64,000 nt of DNA. Source: Lepidodermella squamata. Taxonomy: Eukaryota > Animalia > Gastrotricha. Below are positions 11,829 to 23,900 of the stretch, piece after piece; position 1 is the first letter of the stretch; each line of letters starts with the position of its first letter. Position numbers and translations under genes: made by a program. The notes under the pieces are model-generated. The model was not told the DNA's origin. It saw nothing but the letters and a program-made list of their open reading frames with translations, and did no database searches. Location of the stretch: positions 62,001-126,000 of the forward strand of contig JBLDXI010000015.1 of assembly GCA_047495785.1 (NCBI GenBank), written 5' to 3'.

Positions 11829-14800
11829 TTTGAGCCGCCGAGCCGGCCAGCGGCGCGGAGCCAGGCTGATACTGCTGCTGTTGAGTGTACCATTATTGGA
11901 AGTGGCGGTGGTGGCGGCGGCGGGCGGGCGGCGCGTCACCCGTCCGCGCCTGCTCTGAGCAGGAGGAACCCTCGACGACGCTGGCGCTTTTTCTGATACT
12001 GATGCAGGAATAACGCTGGCAGTGACGTTGAGGAAAACAACGGAGACGGTGATGAGAAGCCGCAGCGGCGCAATCGTGGCGTGTCTGTCTGTCTCTCTCC
12101 CTCGAGGTCACCTCCCCGAAGGGCGGCTGCGACTCAGCGCACCGGCGGCATCATCACACGCTGCGCCATCAAATTGTTGCAGGTGGGCACTTGCGCACGG
12201 ATAGCCGATGCCAGTTGGCTGCTTCATTTATGATAATGTGAACTGATGGGTGACTGCTGGAGTAAAACATGCCTAGATAGACACACGCACAAGTTGGTAA
12301 TAACACCAAAAAATTGGTACCCATGCAATTTAGTGGGATGATGTAATCGGAACGGGAGATGTAATCGGCACTCAACGGCTCAGAGACAGCGCGAATCCGC
12401 TAATGGAGAGCTCATCCTAACGAAATCTCAGCCGGGAGACGAGCACCCGCTTTCTTAATTGCGGTGTGATTATGCATGTATGATGTATGCATGCAGGCTT
12501 GTACTATATTTTGTCGCCTTCGACTACTATTCGATTCGCGGCTTGTTTCTATCTGCTGCGCGTGTCTGGTGCAGTGGGGCGTGTTTTTGTCTTAGCGCGT
12601 GCCGAAACCGACTGATAGACCGACCGATAGGCCGATCGATTCGATTCTATGCATGGATGGATGGATGGATGGGTAAACATATAATTGAAGCGCACCTGAG
12701 GCGAAACTCTCTAAGGCCTCAGGTTCGACCGTCGATGAGTGTGCGGGTGGGTGGCTTAGCCGTTGGCAACCGCAAATATTACCGATCAAAAGCGATACGA
12801 TTATTATCATCAAGATGATTGCCATCACGATGATATTATTTTGTTGTTGTAGTAGTAGTAGTCGTGCTACTACTATACACATCGGCATGAATAGAGATAG
12901 AGAGACATCGAAGTGTACGCTGCTGTCCTAAAGCAATTACCGGCGTGTGGCCAGTGCCAGCAGAGTAAAACTTCTGGTGAATAATGGCCATGATGTCTGT
13001 AATTCAATATGCAGTAGTGGTCGATGTAACATCCCACTTTTGCTTATAGTATGCCACCACAAAGTGACGATTAATCGACTGCGAACTCGGCCATTTTTTA
13101 GCCACTACTCATCATAAGGCTGGCAAAAAAAACGCGAGAGACAATGAGAGCCACTCTAATAGTTGTATGGCGCCGTCGTCATTCGATGACAGGCATCGAT
13201 AAGAGCCACAAACAAAATTATTGGCTTCTTTGAAAATTGATGTAAAAAATGTATTGCTGCAAGATTGGTTGAAAAATAGACGAATTTCAAGCAAGTAATT
13301 TCTGGTGGATGGCTGCTATTGAGTGAAATATCAATAGTATGCCTATCTATTTCCAAGTGGTGCCAAGATCCAGCTTACAGTTTTAAATATGTTAAGATGT
13401 AAGTAGTATACTATAAGTCCTCCACCAATATGTCTCTCGTATCAATCGGCTTTATGCGGGATCGATATTCAAAATCGATCGGGGCAATAAACGATATCTA
13501 CCAGCCTGATAAAAAAAGCAACGATCGATTAAACAAAATACAAAGTAGTTCGACTGCGTTTCATGAGCCTCTTCTGATCGATGAACCTGGCCGTAAAGGT
13601 GTCGACATGTTACCTTGTACTATTCCAAGCAAATATTTTAAGGGCCGGTTATAAAGTATAGTTGTTGTGTCCCGCCCTTATTATAAGTGTAGATTAGGAA
13701 TCTTGAGTCGGTGTCCACTAGCAACGGCGAGTGGGCAATAAAATAAAATCGTGGCCGGGCAGGTTGCGCAGAGCGGTTGTAAACGCGACGACAGGCTCTG
13801 CTGCCGCTGCTACTGCTGCATTATACGCTTTGCGTGAAAATTCAATCACACACACACATTTAGTAGTTGCTGGTATAGCCAGGCAGCGGGTAATGCGATT
13901 TGCCTGCTTCGTCCCAGCATCCATCCCCATCCCCATCCAACCATCAGTGCGTACAAGCGATTTCTCATTAGCGCGAAAGAACTACGACAACTACTGTCGG
14001 AGTATAACTTCTACAAGTTTTACTAACTACTGCTCGCCACACAACGGCGCGCATATCGCATTGATCAGAGCGAGCGCATGAATGGCCGCATGCAATCGAA
14101 TACCGCAAAATTTTGAAATGCACTGGATGAGCACCTATCATGATAATCATGGCCCAGCATAACTTCCGCGTCGGATGCGCACTACTACGACATGGAAATA
14201 TAGACAGGAACAAAACTACTCCAGGTTTATAGCTTTTGAGCGCATCCCAACGGAAGACAAAAATAAAATAACATATAAGTATAATCGACCAACAGCTATG
14301 AACAGCGTGATCTCAAGTATCTGTCCCTATACATTACAAAGGCTTTATGCCGATCAATGAGGCCAAGACATTATGTTACTGCTTATTCAACTGCATCGCC
14401 ATAGAAAACTGAAACTGCTGACTGAATATAGTGAAATAGTGAAATAGAACTGAAATAGCTTCAAAAACTGAAAAAAACGGTAATTACCAATCCTCGAATT
14501 CATAATTTTTATTTATATTTGATCAGCACGACAAATGCCGATGGCAATTCTCGATTCGCTGTTTAGCCAACATTAATTGCTTCTCCAGAATTTCTTCATC
14601 GATAAATTATTAAATGTCTCTACTTCTGCATGCTACATCGATAAAGGTCGGAACAAGGTCATAGATCTGGATAATTTCGCATTTATAATTTTGACGGCAC
14701 TGCGGTGCAAAAGTTCTCGGCTATCAGCTGATGTTTGCTGGTGGGTAAATGAGTTGTTAGCGAGCTGAGCCCGTTATAAAATCGGAATCAAATTCCGCAA

Positions 14801-15865
14801 AAGTCTGGACTCGAATTCGTTGACAAAACTTGTTAATTTTCGAATAAAAACACCTCACAACAAAGCTAAAATTAAACATTAGATTTGTGCGTTTGAACTG
14901 TTTGCGTTTGAAGAGTGACGAATGAAAAGTGGGGTTCAGCAACAATTTTGATACAGTCAGATTTTGATGCCGCTTTCATGCCGCAAGATTCAAGATCAAG
15001 ATTAAGAACAAGGAACGAGGAGTCGAGCTATATCAAAAAGAGGTTGACAGTCATCATGGTTGCGGAGCTTCGAAGTTTTACGGGTGGAAACTTTCAATTT
15101 CGGCATGCTGCCCTCGACTTTTCCGTGGTCAAAACTTGCCGCAAGATCGCTGCATTGCTTTGAAGACGAATGGAGCTGAATCGGTGGTGGTCAGTCGCCT
15201 TTATTGTATGATTCAGAAGAGGCTGGATGAACTCCATCGATTTCAATGTCACTGACTGGTTCATCAAGAAGCTTCGGCGCCAAACGCAGCCTACGAACGA
15301 GTCGCCAGTTCTTTATTGGACTTGGTCAAAATTTTAGATCACCTGATTCGCCGAAACCTTCTAATGAACAGAAGATCCGCCAGTTTGCAGAAGAATTGAC
15401 AGCATTTCGGAAATTGGGAAAATTTACAGCAATTTCACGCTTGAATGGCATAGACTGCTTGAAGTTTGCAATCGATCTATTCACCGATCACCAATTCACT
15501 GATGTCTCGCGTGCAAGCTCATTTCGGCCATCTCAACATCGACCCGAAAGACGGGAATGAATTATTGTCAGCATGCGTCATAATTCAGCTCTGAATGCTG
15601 AAAATATACTGAGACTCCACCGGTCATTTTAGGCTCCGACTTTGTACTCCTAAAATGTTGGGCTAGGACCACACTGACTTTATCGGCCTTTATCGCCTCT
15701 ATCGTGGCCCTGTGGCTCTGGCTCATTGCTCTGATTCCGGGGTGTGGTCCATCTTTTGCTGTTGTCCCTAAGTATTTTTACATGTTTACGCCATTAGGAA
15801 AAGTGTTCTACTCATTCTTCAGCATTCGTCTTCTTCTTACGCCGGTACTGACTGCTCGCAACTCG

Positions 15866-15877
15866 CGTCACGTGACG
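15866..15877. promoter_or_regulatory. Perfect palindrome CGTCACGTGACG (E-box/CLEAR-like) between the GPCR and WS/DGAT 5' ends
   Basis: Read directly. Function is inferred; it could be a repeat remnant. Confidence 0.2.
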
Positions 15878-17827
15878 GCTCGCACCTCCGAAATGTGTTA
15901 CAAAATTAGATTTTATTTTTAGCTTAATCCTCTTTGGATATTTTTTTTTAGGATAGATATTTTCGTTTGAGGCAGAATGCAAGATTTTAAAATTGACCTT
16001 GAACTTGGTTCTAATTTTGGCATGCCGGTAAATGTTGACTTGTTTTTGGCCCAACTGCCGGTGCCAAATGCCGAAAGCAGAAATGCCGGCTTAGGTACGC
16101 TTATGGTTGTTGCTTGTTATGATTGTCGCTGTTTTGCGCTTATTCTAAGAGATTTTCTGTCCGATTTATCACATATGCACCTTGAAGTTATCCAAACAGG
16201 AGAACTGAGGAATCAGATGGCGTGGCTTGATGCGAAATGTTTCTTAACGTTGAAATTCCTATGGCTATCCCTTCTTGAGAACTATTGCATGTTTGGTGAT
16301 GCTTTCTGGTTTTCTCGTAGAAATGGTGTACTTGTGTTGGCCGAAGGGAGGGAGGGCCCCTCCAGTTCTTCGGCCGACAATCAACAATCCCCTAGCTGTT
16401 GTTTATAATGTCAGAGCAACCTAGGGCCTGGGACCAGTTTTGGCTTAGGTTCTTTACTTGCTTTGATTCCGGGCCTCGGCGCGTTTTGTAACCGTGTTCA
16501 ACTGTTAGCATTTTTACATCATTAGCCATTAGCCATTGGGATGTGGTGCCGAACGGACAACGGACAACCTGTTGCACATTGCCGCGCACCTTTCAGCCCA
16601 AGATCGGAGATAAGAGAGGCAAATGTGGTGGCGCCAGATTCGCCCGTGAAAAATCAAGAAACTAGTTTTGGCATCTCATTTTAGATTGTTTTATTTTCTG
16701 ACCCGGATCAGCTAGCACGAAAGAGAAAGATGCCATTGAAAGATGAAAGAATCTTGTCTTACAGCATTGAGTGAAAAGCCATACATGATTGTCTCTATGT
16801 TTTACTACTATCTACTATCTCAGTTTCATTAGGTTGAAACACGGTTCGCTAAATAATCCCACGCCTTGTGCGATGTAATTTTGCTGTAATTATTACTGTT
16901 ACAATTTTATTTTACCGATCTCAGATCCAATGTGAGGAAATGAGCTAGAAGTCATGAGCTGAGAAGTATATAACTTGGACCCTCTTCATACCTATCAATT
17001 CATATCCGGCACCCAGTATCATTCTCAAATGATGAGTAAAATATTTGCTGGATTTTGAAAGATGTCAACCTATCCCGAGCTTAATAAGTGGAGTTATTCT
17101 GCTTGAAATACACCTTTCTATGAGTGAGCTACTTGTTATGCGTTTCATAACCTGTTATGTGTAAAATTTTAAAGCTTTGCTATTTTTTACGTGTTAAACT
17201 AGGATGATGGATGATGGCGTAAACTACTGGGAGATTTTCATCCTCACTGTTAGAGCTATCTTGTTTCAGATATCATGCGATAAATAGTTCCTACTAACCT
17301 TATTGACCAATTTGAAAAATAACTCTCTCAGTAAATTGACCTTGATTGAATCAGCCCTCGCTGATTAGAAATTATGAGAAAACAATCGAGGCGTAATGGA
17401 TGATGATCTACGACACAATTCGGGGGATTCCACATGACTGAGCGACGTTTATAGAGCTAGCATAAAAACAGTCAATATCGATTAACGCAATGTGCGAATT
17501 ACGCGGATTGTATTACGCGGGTGACTTTTGGCGAGCGAATGACAGGTATGCGATGCTGATCTCAAGTTCTCGTTCTGCGCTGCGTTTTTTTGATTATCAA
17601 TAATGCGCGGCGATGAACACCCGAGACGCCTAATATCGCTAACGAAGAAGCAAGATGCTGCTGTTGTTCAGTAGTAGCCGCACTAGTAGTAGTTGTAGTC
17701 GACGTCTTCGGGTGTCACTTTTAACACTAGCGTTGAGGCAATGTTCTTGCATAGCAGCAGCTATTGCGAGTAGTAGATATCAGCGACATCGGGCGGAAGC
17801 GGAAGTTAACCGTCATTTGTCGATAGG

Positions 17828-17876
17828 TATATAAGGGCGTTTGCGCGCGCGATGCCGACGAAAAAGTCGCTCAGTC
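17828..17876 (+). promoter_or_regulatory. Putative core promoter of the WS/DGAT-like gene
   Basis: TATATAAG at 17828-17835 and Inr-like TCAGTC at 17871-17876, upstream of ATG 17909. The spacing is somewhat longer than canonical. Confidence 0.35.
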
Positions 17877-17908
17877 GTGTGAACCGGCGTGTCTCGGAGA
17901 TCATCTCC

Positions 17909-20900
17909 ATGTCATCGATTGTGAGTTGCCTTTTCTGGCTACTTGTCCGCGAGCCATTGTTTTACGGCCTGTTTTTTTTGTCGTCCGCTTTCTAGAGACG
18001 CTTCCGCGTTAAGCACAGAGTTAGCCCGTTCAAGGCGGCGCGTCCTCGCCCGACCGGCCCGGCTGCGATTCTCGAAGCCGAACTCAGCGTTCGTTACTCG
18101 GTGCCCACCGGCGAGTCAGCCTCAGGCTCCTACTCGTCTTCGAAGCCAAAGTCATTTGGCGGCTCTGCAGGCTCGCCCCCGTCGCACCACCGCCAGCAGC
18201 AGCAACAACAGGGAGGTCTCGGCCCGCCCTCGCACAACCACCACCTGCACAGACACTCGTTGGGCATCAATGGTACTGGCAGTGCGCCATCGCTCTCCGA
18301 GTCGCACGTCTCAGACAAATTATCGTGAGTCTGCGTTGCTAACGAATTTTTTATTTTTATTTTATTAAAAAACTTCGATATGACGTTTTAGGGAAAAATT
18401 AGGTGGCATGATTTTTTTTTGAGCGAAATCTTATATAATTGTATGAGACTGCAAACATGACGGGAATGCCGGACTACTATTTAGTTTTCGGTTTTTAATT
18501 ATCAACAGTGGAGCTGAATGCATTGTCAATTTTATTCGGTTGAAAATTGTTATTATTGAAGTGCAATAATTCAATCACGTTTATGAAAGAACACTTCATA
18601 ACACTATCAACATTTTTTCGCCCCATTCAATGATTTTGATTTTGATTTAGGGGATTTTGATATTTTTTACTCAATTTCACAGGTCTTAAAACCATAAGAA
18701 ACATTAGAGAAGGATTTGGACGTGTTCCAATTTCACTTGTCATTTGAATCCCAAGTCCGAAGGATCAGGAAGTGTATTGATTTTTCAAATGTTTTTCTTT
18801 TATTTTCTCGATATCTGGCGTTTTCTTGAAATCAAAACAACCGTGGCGTGATCTTATTTCTGACAATTTTAGGGTGTAAACTAGATTTTTCCTGAATCCT
18901 GACGAAAGTGGAATATGTTAAAAAAAATAGGTGTCCCTGAGATTCTTTTCCCGCTTTCTCGAGCCTGTCCAAAGTTACCAACATACGTTTTAGTCAGTTT
19001 CTAAGTGGGAGTAAGTCATACCGTACTGCCCCATGCCCGAAAATAAAGCCATGTTATTTAGGTTTTTTCAAATGCGGATTGAGCCCTGACATTTGTTGTC
19101 ATTTACTTATTAGTAGATAGAACTGTAAATCCTGGCATCTATTGGAGGCTGACTCTATTTTCGGGCAGTGAGGTATTGTGTAGATGCAGTTGTTTACGGC
19201 ACTCAATCTGCTTAATTGGAAATATTTATTTTCGGCGACGAGAAATTTCCCAAAAACGTTAGTTACAATCTATCCGTTGTAAATGAGGAAAATTCTCGGG
19301 CAATTTTTCGACATGGACGTTATTTTTAACTGCGGAAATTGTCCGGTTTAATGTTAGACACAACTACATCGTCGAGGGTTTTCCTTGTTTGGTATTTTGG
19401 CTGGTCAATTTGGGCGGAAATTACTCATGAATGTCGCAATTAACTGATGAGTTGTCTTAGGGGCAAAAATCGATGCTAGGCCGGAGGGAAGCGGGGGCCC
19501 TCGTGACTCCTCGATATGTATGTGTGTTTGTTTGTATGTGCTCGGAGTTTCGATTTCAAAAATTTCAACCTTGTAAATGGCAAGAAGCCAGTACATTTCA
19601 AGGTTTGTGTGTGTGTGTCGGGATAAATTTTACGAACCGAAACCGAAAATGTAAAATGTTGAGCGTTCACCCTAAAAACGACAAATTCCTACAAAATGCA
19701 GTATTTGCCTATATCCTATTCGTAATATATGTATGTGATTAGCTTCGGAGAGGTGAACCACAACAGCAACAACACCAACTGCGGTAGCAACCAGAGCAGC
19801 AGCAACGGCGTGGTCGCCGCGAACTCGCACGGGTTCGTGAGACAGGCGGCGTCGCTGCCGGTGCGGCGCACGTCGATCGACCAGGCGATCGACGTCTCGC
19901 GCCTCGTGCGCACCGTCGAGGAGCTGTTCCGCGCCGTGCGCCTCCTCTTCAACCCCAACTACCCGACGCAGTTCCTGCCGCAGAACCACCTGCACTCGGG
20001 TGCCTCGGGATCCGGCTCGCTCTCCGGCTCCCACAACTCGACGAACGCGTCGACGAGCTCGAGCACGACGCGATCGCCGCCGCCGTCCTCGCTCGCCGCC
20101 TCCGAGTCGGACACGATCACGACGCTCGGCGCCGAACTCGACGACGAGCTCGAGGAGATGGCGCAGGCGGCCGAGCGCAACCTGCGCATCGAGACCGCGG
20201 CTCGCGTCTCCGAAGCCAACACCGACGACTCGGCCTTCCCGCTCGACATGGCTGTCATCACCGAACAAATCACTGGTAGTGGTGATCAACAGCCGCAGAA
20301 ACTCATGATGGCTGCTAATGGCGGCAGCAATGGCAGCAGCGCAGCTGCAACCGGGACGGGTCTATCGCCTCGCATTCGCGGACCAGCGCGCGGCCCCACG
20401 TCGAAATCGTCCGAAACTGTCACCGCCCCAGTCGACAATTTCTCACCCCAGGTTTGTTCGATTATTCGATTATTGTTGAAATTATATGAACTTCTAAATC
20501 AATAAGCTAGTCTGAATAATAGTCTACAAATAGTTGAAAGATTCTAAATAGCTTTCCAAAATCTCGAAACCGAGTCATTTTCTAAGATTCTTCTTCTAGG
20601 ATTCAGGATTCTATTCCAATTTGCCTTACGATATGATACAGAATGACGCAGATTAATGACACTCATTTCTCATGTTCTATATCCGTATCAGACGGAGAAG
20701 AAAAATCTGTTGAATCGTTTTGCATTTTTAGGCTTAATTGCAAGTCATGAAAAGCTGAAATAATGTTTAAATTTGTTTATTTAAGCAATCTTAAGGATTT
20801 ACTTATTTTCCATTTGAGCCAGTGAAGAGCCCAAATATTCATTTTTACTTGGGAACTTTCACCAGGAAGCAACCAAGGTATTAATTTTTCAAAAATAGGT

Positions 20901-23900
20901 TTTTATCATACAAAATAGGGATTTTTCTGAACATATGGGCGCTAACAGTATGAAAGTATGCAGCAAAATAAAGTGAAAATTTAGGCTTTTTTCTGGCTGA
21001 GTGTCTCATTTATTTCAATGTTGCTATGTTCACTTCAATTGATTAATCATGATTTTTCATTGCTTTGACAACAGCTTGCGTTATCTATTTAATATTTGTC
21101 TGTGTTTTTGCAGAAAGCTGGGCCTGTGAAACGCCGTTCGACGGGTCTCTCGAAGACCAACTCTTCGGCGTCGGAGAAACTGCTGGCGAACGAGAAGGCG
21201 GCGCCTCCGCGCTACACACGCGTGAGTTTTACTGCATTTTCTCATCACAGAGTACACCCGAAATTAGCCGATATCGCCAAGTCACGACTCACGTCGCAAC
21301 GTGTGTGCGTGCGTGTGCATCTCCTACGCTCGCAGGACAACCGCCGAATTGAGCTCATTTTCGCCTGACGACGGCGAGATTAATTTTACATACAAGCGTG
21401 ACCATCGAAAAATCATGCCTGTCTGATTGATTTTAGTCATTATCCCCGAGTCACCAAAATACCAACGCAAGCAGATCAGATATTTGATATTTTCTCCAAA
21501 TTAAAGTTAGGGTCCTCCTGTTAGCGGAACCAAATTTACGTGAGCGGAACCTAATTTGCTGTTGCGGAACCAAATTTGCAGCTAGCGGAACCAAATTTTG
21601 GAATTTTCTAGTAGCCTGAAATCGCTTTTTGGATATTTCTTGCAGGTCAAGATTGGCCACAATAATTCTAGAAAATTCACCAGTGAATTAAGCGCAAAAT
21701 TCTCTATAATACGAAGTGTTCATTCCAAAATTCATGCTCAGCCTAATTTTCGTAGAAATATTCAAAAAATGAATTTTTGCATATTTCGACTTTGGTTCCG
21801 CAAAAAGCAAATTTGGTTCCGCTACAGCATATTTGGTTCCGAAACAGCAAATTAGGTTCCGCTCACCGTAAATTTGGTGCCGCTAAAAGATATTCCGTTA
21901 AAGTTATTGCCTTTGACCTTGGATTTGATATTGAAACTGGAACTAAAATATGAAGCAAAGATTTTGACTGGGGTTTCGGTATATTCTTTTGTTTTTCTTT
22001 GACCTCGTATCAACTTGTGTGCCTGGCGTGATTTCAAAAATTGACGGGATGCCCGGAATGCGCGTCCCTCGAGCGGGCTTACAATTCCACTCAGGGTTGA
22101 TTGCATTTTTCCCCAACTTTCGCAACATCGATTTTCTTTTGAACATCATTACGATGTGAAACCAAAGAGGAAAAACTGGTGCGTATTTTATACAAATTAA
22201 AAAAAAACATCGCGTTTGAAAGGTTTCAGAAACTTGACCTGATTTCAACTCAATTTTTGCTTTGTCTTGAAATTTGGTTGAAAAGAGATTAAAATTGGGG
22301 CGTGTTTTTTATTACCAATGCAATCAAACCAAACGATGGATTCACAAGGCGTTTTTTAATTAAACGATGCCATCCGCATACTACTACGCAGTTGATTAAT
22401 AGTGGAGCGGTCAAGCATTTTTCTGAAATCATTCTACGAGATAGCTGATAAATGCTATGTGCAGTGCTTCGATTAAGCTACTCGATGAATCCTTCAAGCC
22501 ATCGGTCACTCTGTCTTTTGCAGCTATTCGCAGCTATACTGCGCGTCTCATTTAGTCATTGTGCTCATAAGCAATTAAGTGCAACTAAGTGCAATGTGAG
22601 AGCATGGGCTTGAACGATTCATCACGTGGTTTGATCGAAGCAGTGAACATAACCTTATAAATGCTGAAAAGAGTTAATCTAAGTAGAATACAACTTGAAA
22701 TCAAACAATTCTGCCAACTATGAACAACAACCACCAAGTACATTAACCAGTTGGATGTTGGCTGTGCTAATCGCGAACACGCGGCATTTTTCATGTTTTC
22801 AATTCAGACATTTCGCACACTTCTGACAATTTTTTCATTTTTTGAAATAGAGCTTAATTTTTAACCTCAAAGTTGGAATTAAAGCTTTCTTTCGACTAGC
22901 GCCGATGAAATTATACTCTAATTTAGCTAAATTATGAGCTTAATTTTATTAAAATCATTGCGAAAATCGAAAATTTCAGGAATAATTCAGAAATTTAAGG
23001 AGGACCGAAATTTGTCTATGATAGCATACGATTTGCGTACCATCATGGTTTGAATAAAAAAAACGCAACCATGAAACGAGAGAATCCACTTGCTCAACTT
23101 TTCAGGCTAAAATATTTGGTTGGCGTTTCAAAATTCAAAAATGACAAAAAGTTGAAATTCGTGGATACAACACTTCGAGGAAACCATTTTTAAATTACCA
23201 GATTTTTAGTTGACCTAGAGGTCAGATGTTGAGTTTTTATGAGAATGGAATGTCGCCTTTAAATGGAATCAAACGCCCATGTATTTCTATTCGGCACGTT
23301 GCGATTTGTGGCTTTGCCTTGACATAATTTTCAATGTTGTTCAATGTTTTGGTGAACAGCCGGTGCCGTCGTACGGCGAGTTGTACGCGCGCAACCAGCA
23401 GTTCGACTGCCGCTACCAGCCGGTGCAGCCGATCCTCATCGAGAACTTCGCGTCCACGTTCTGCAACACGTGCGCGTACCTGTTCGCCGCGCTCTTCGTC
23501 GCCGTGCCCATCTACGTGTTCCTGGCGCTGCTCGTGCCCTTCGCCGCGCTCGTCCGCCTCCTCCAGCGCATGTGCTGCTTCGAGCTGCGGGGCGCGCGGC
23601 GCATGTCCGCGCTCGAGGCCGGCTTCATGTGCGACCTGTTCGCCGCCGACGGCCTGTGCACGAGCCTGCTCGTGCTCGACACGAAGCACGCGACCGAGCC
23701 GCTGGCCGCGCTCAAGAACGCCCTGCTCGCCGAGATCGTGAACAAGCGCGGCGTGGGCGGGAAACGCGTGTACCAGCGCTTCCGCCAGAAGCCCGTCCGC
23801 ATGGCCTGCGACATGTTCGGCTGGGCGGACGACGACGCGTTCGACATTGCGAAGCACTTCTTCGCGAACCCGCGCCAGCGCTTCGCCTCGGTCGCCGAGC

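Noticed and set aside
12200-17800. Many short ORFs between the GPCR and WS/DGAT genes
   Set aside because: No host-like codon bias, splice-consistent model or recognisable domain; probably regulatory DNA and decayed repeats.
21521-21886. Regularly spaced repeats as a possible CRISPR array
   Set aside because: Eukaryotic intron, spacers of only a few nt, inverted arrangement and no cas genes.
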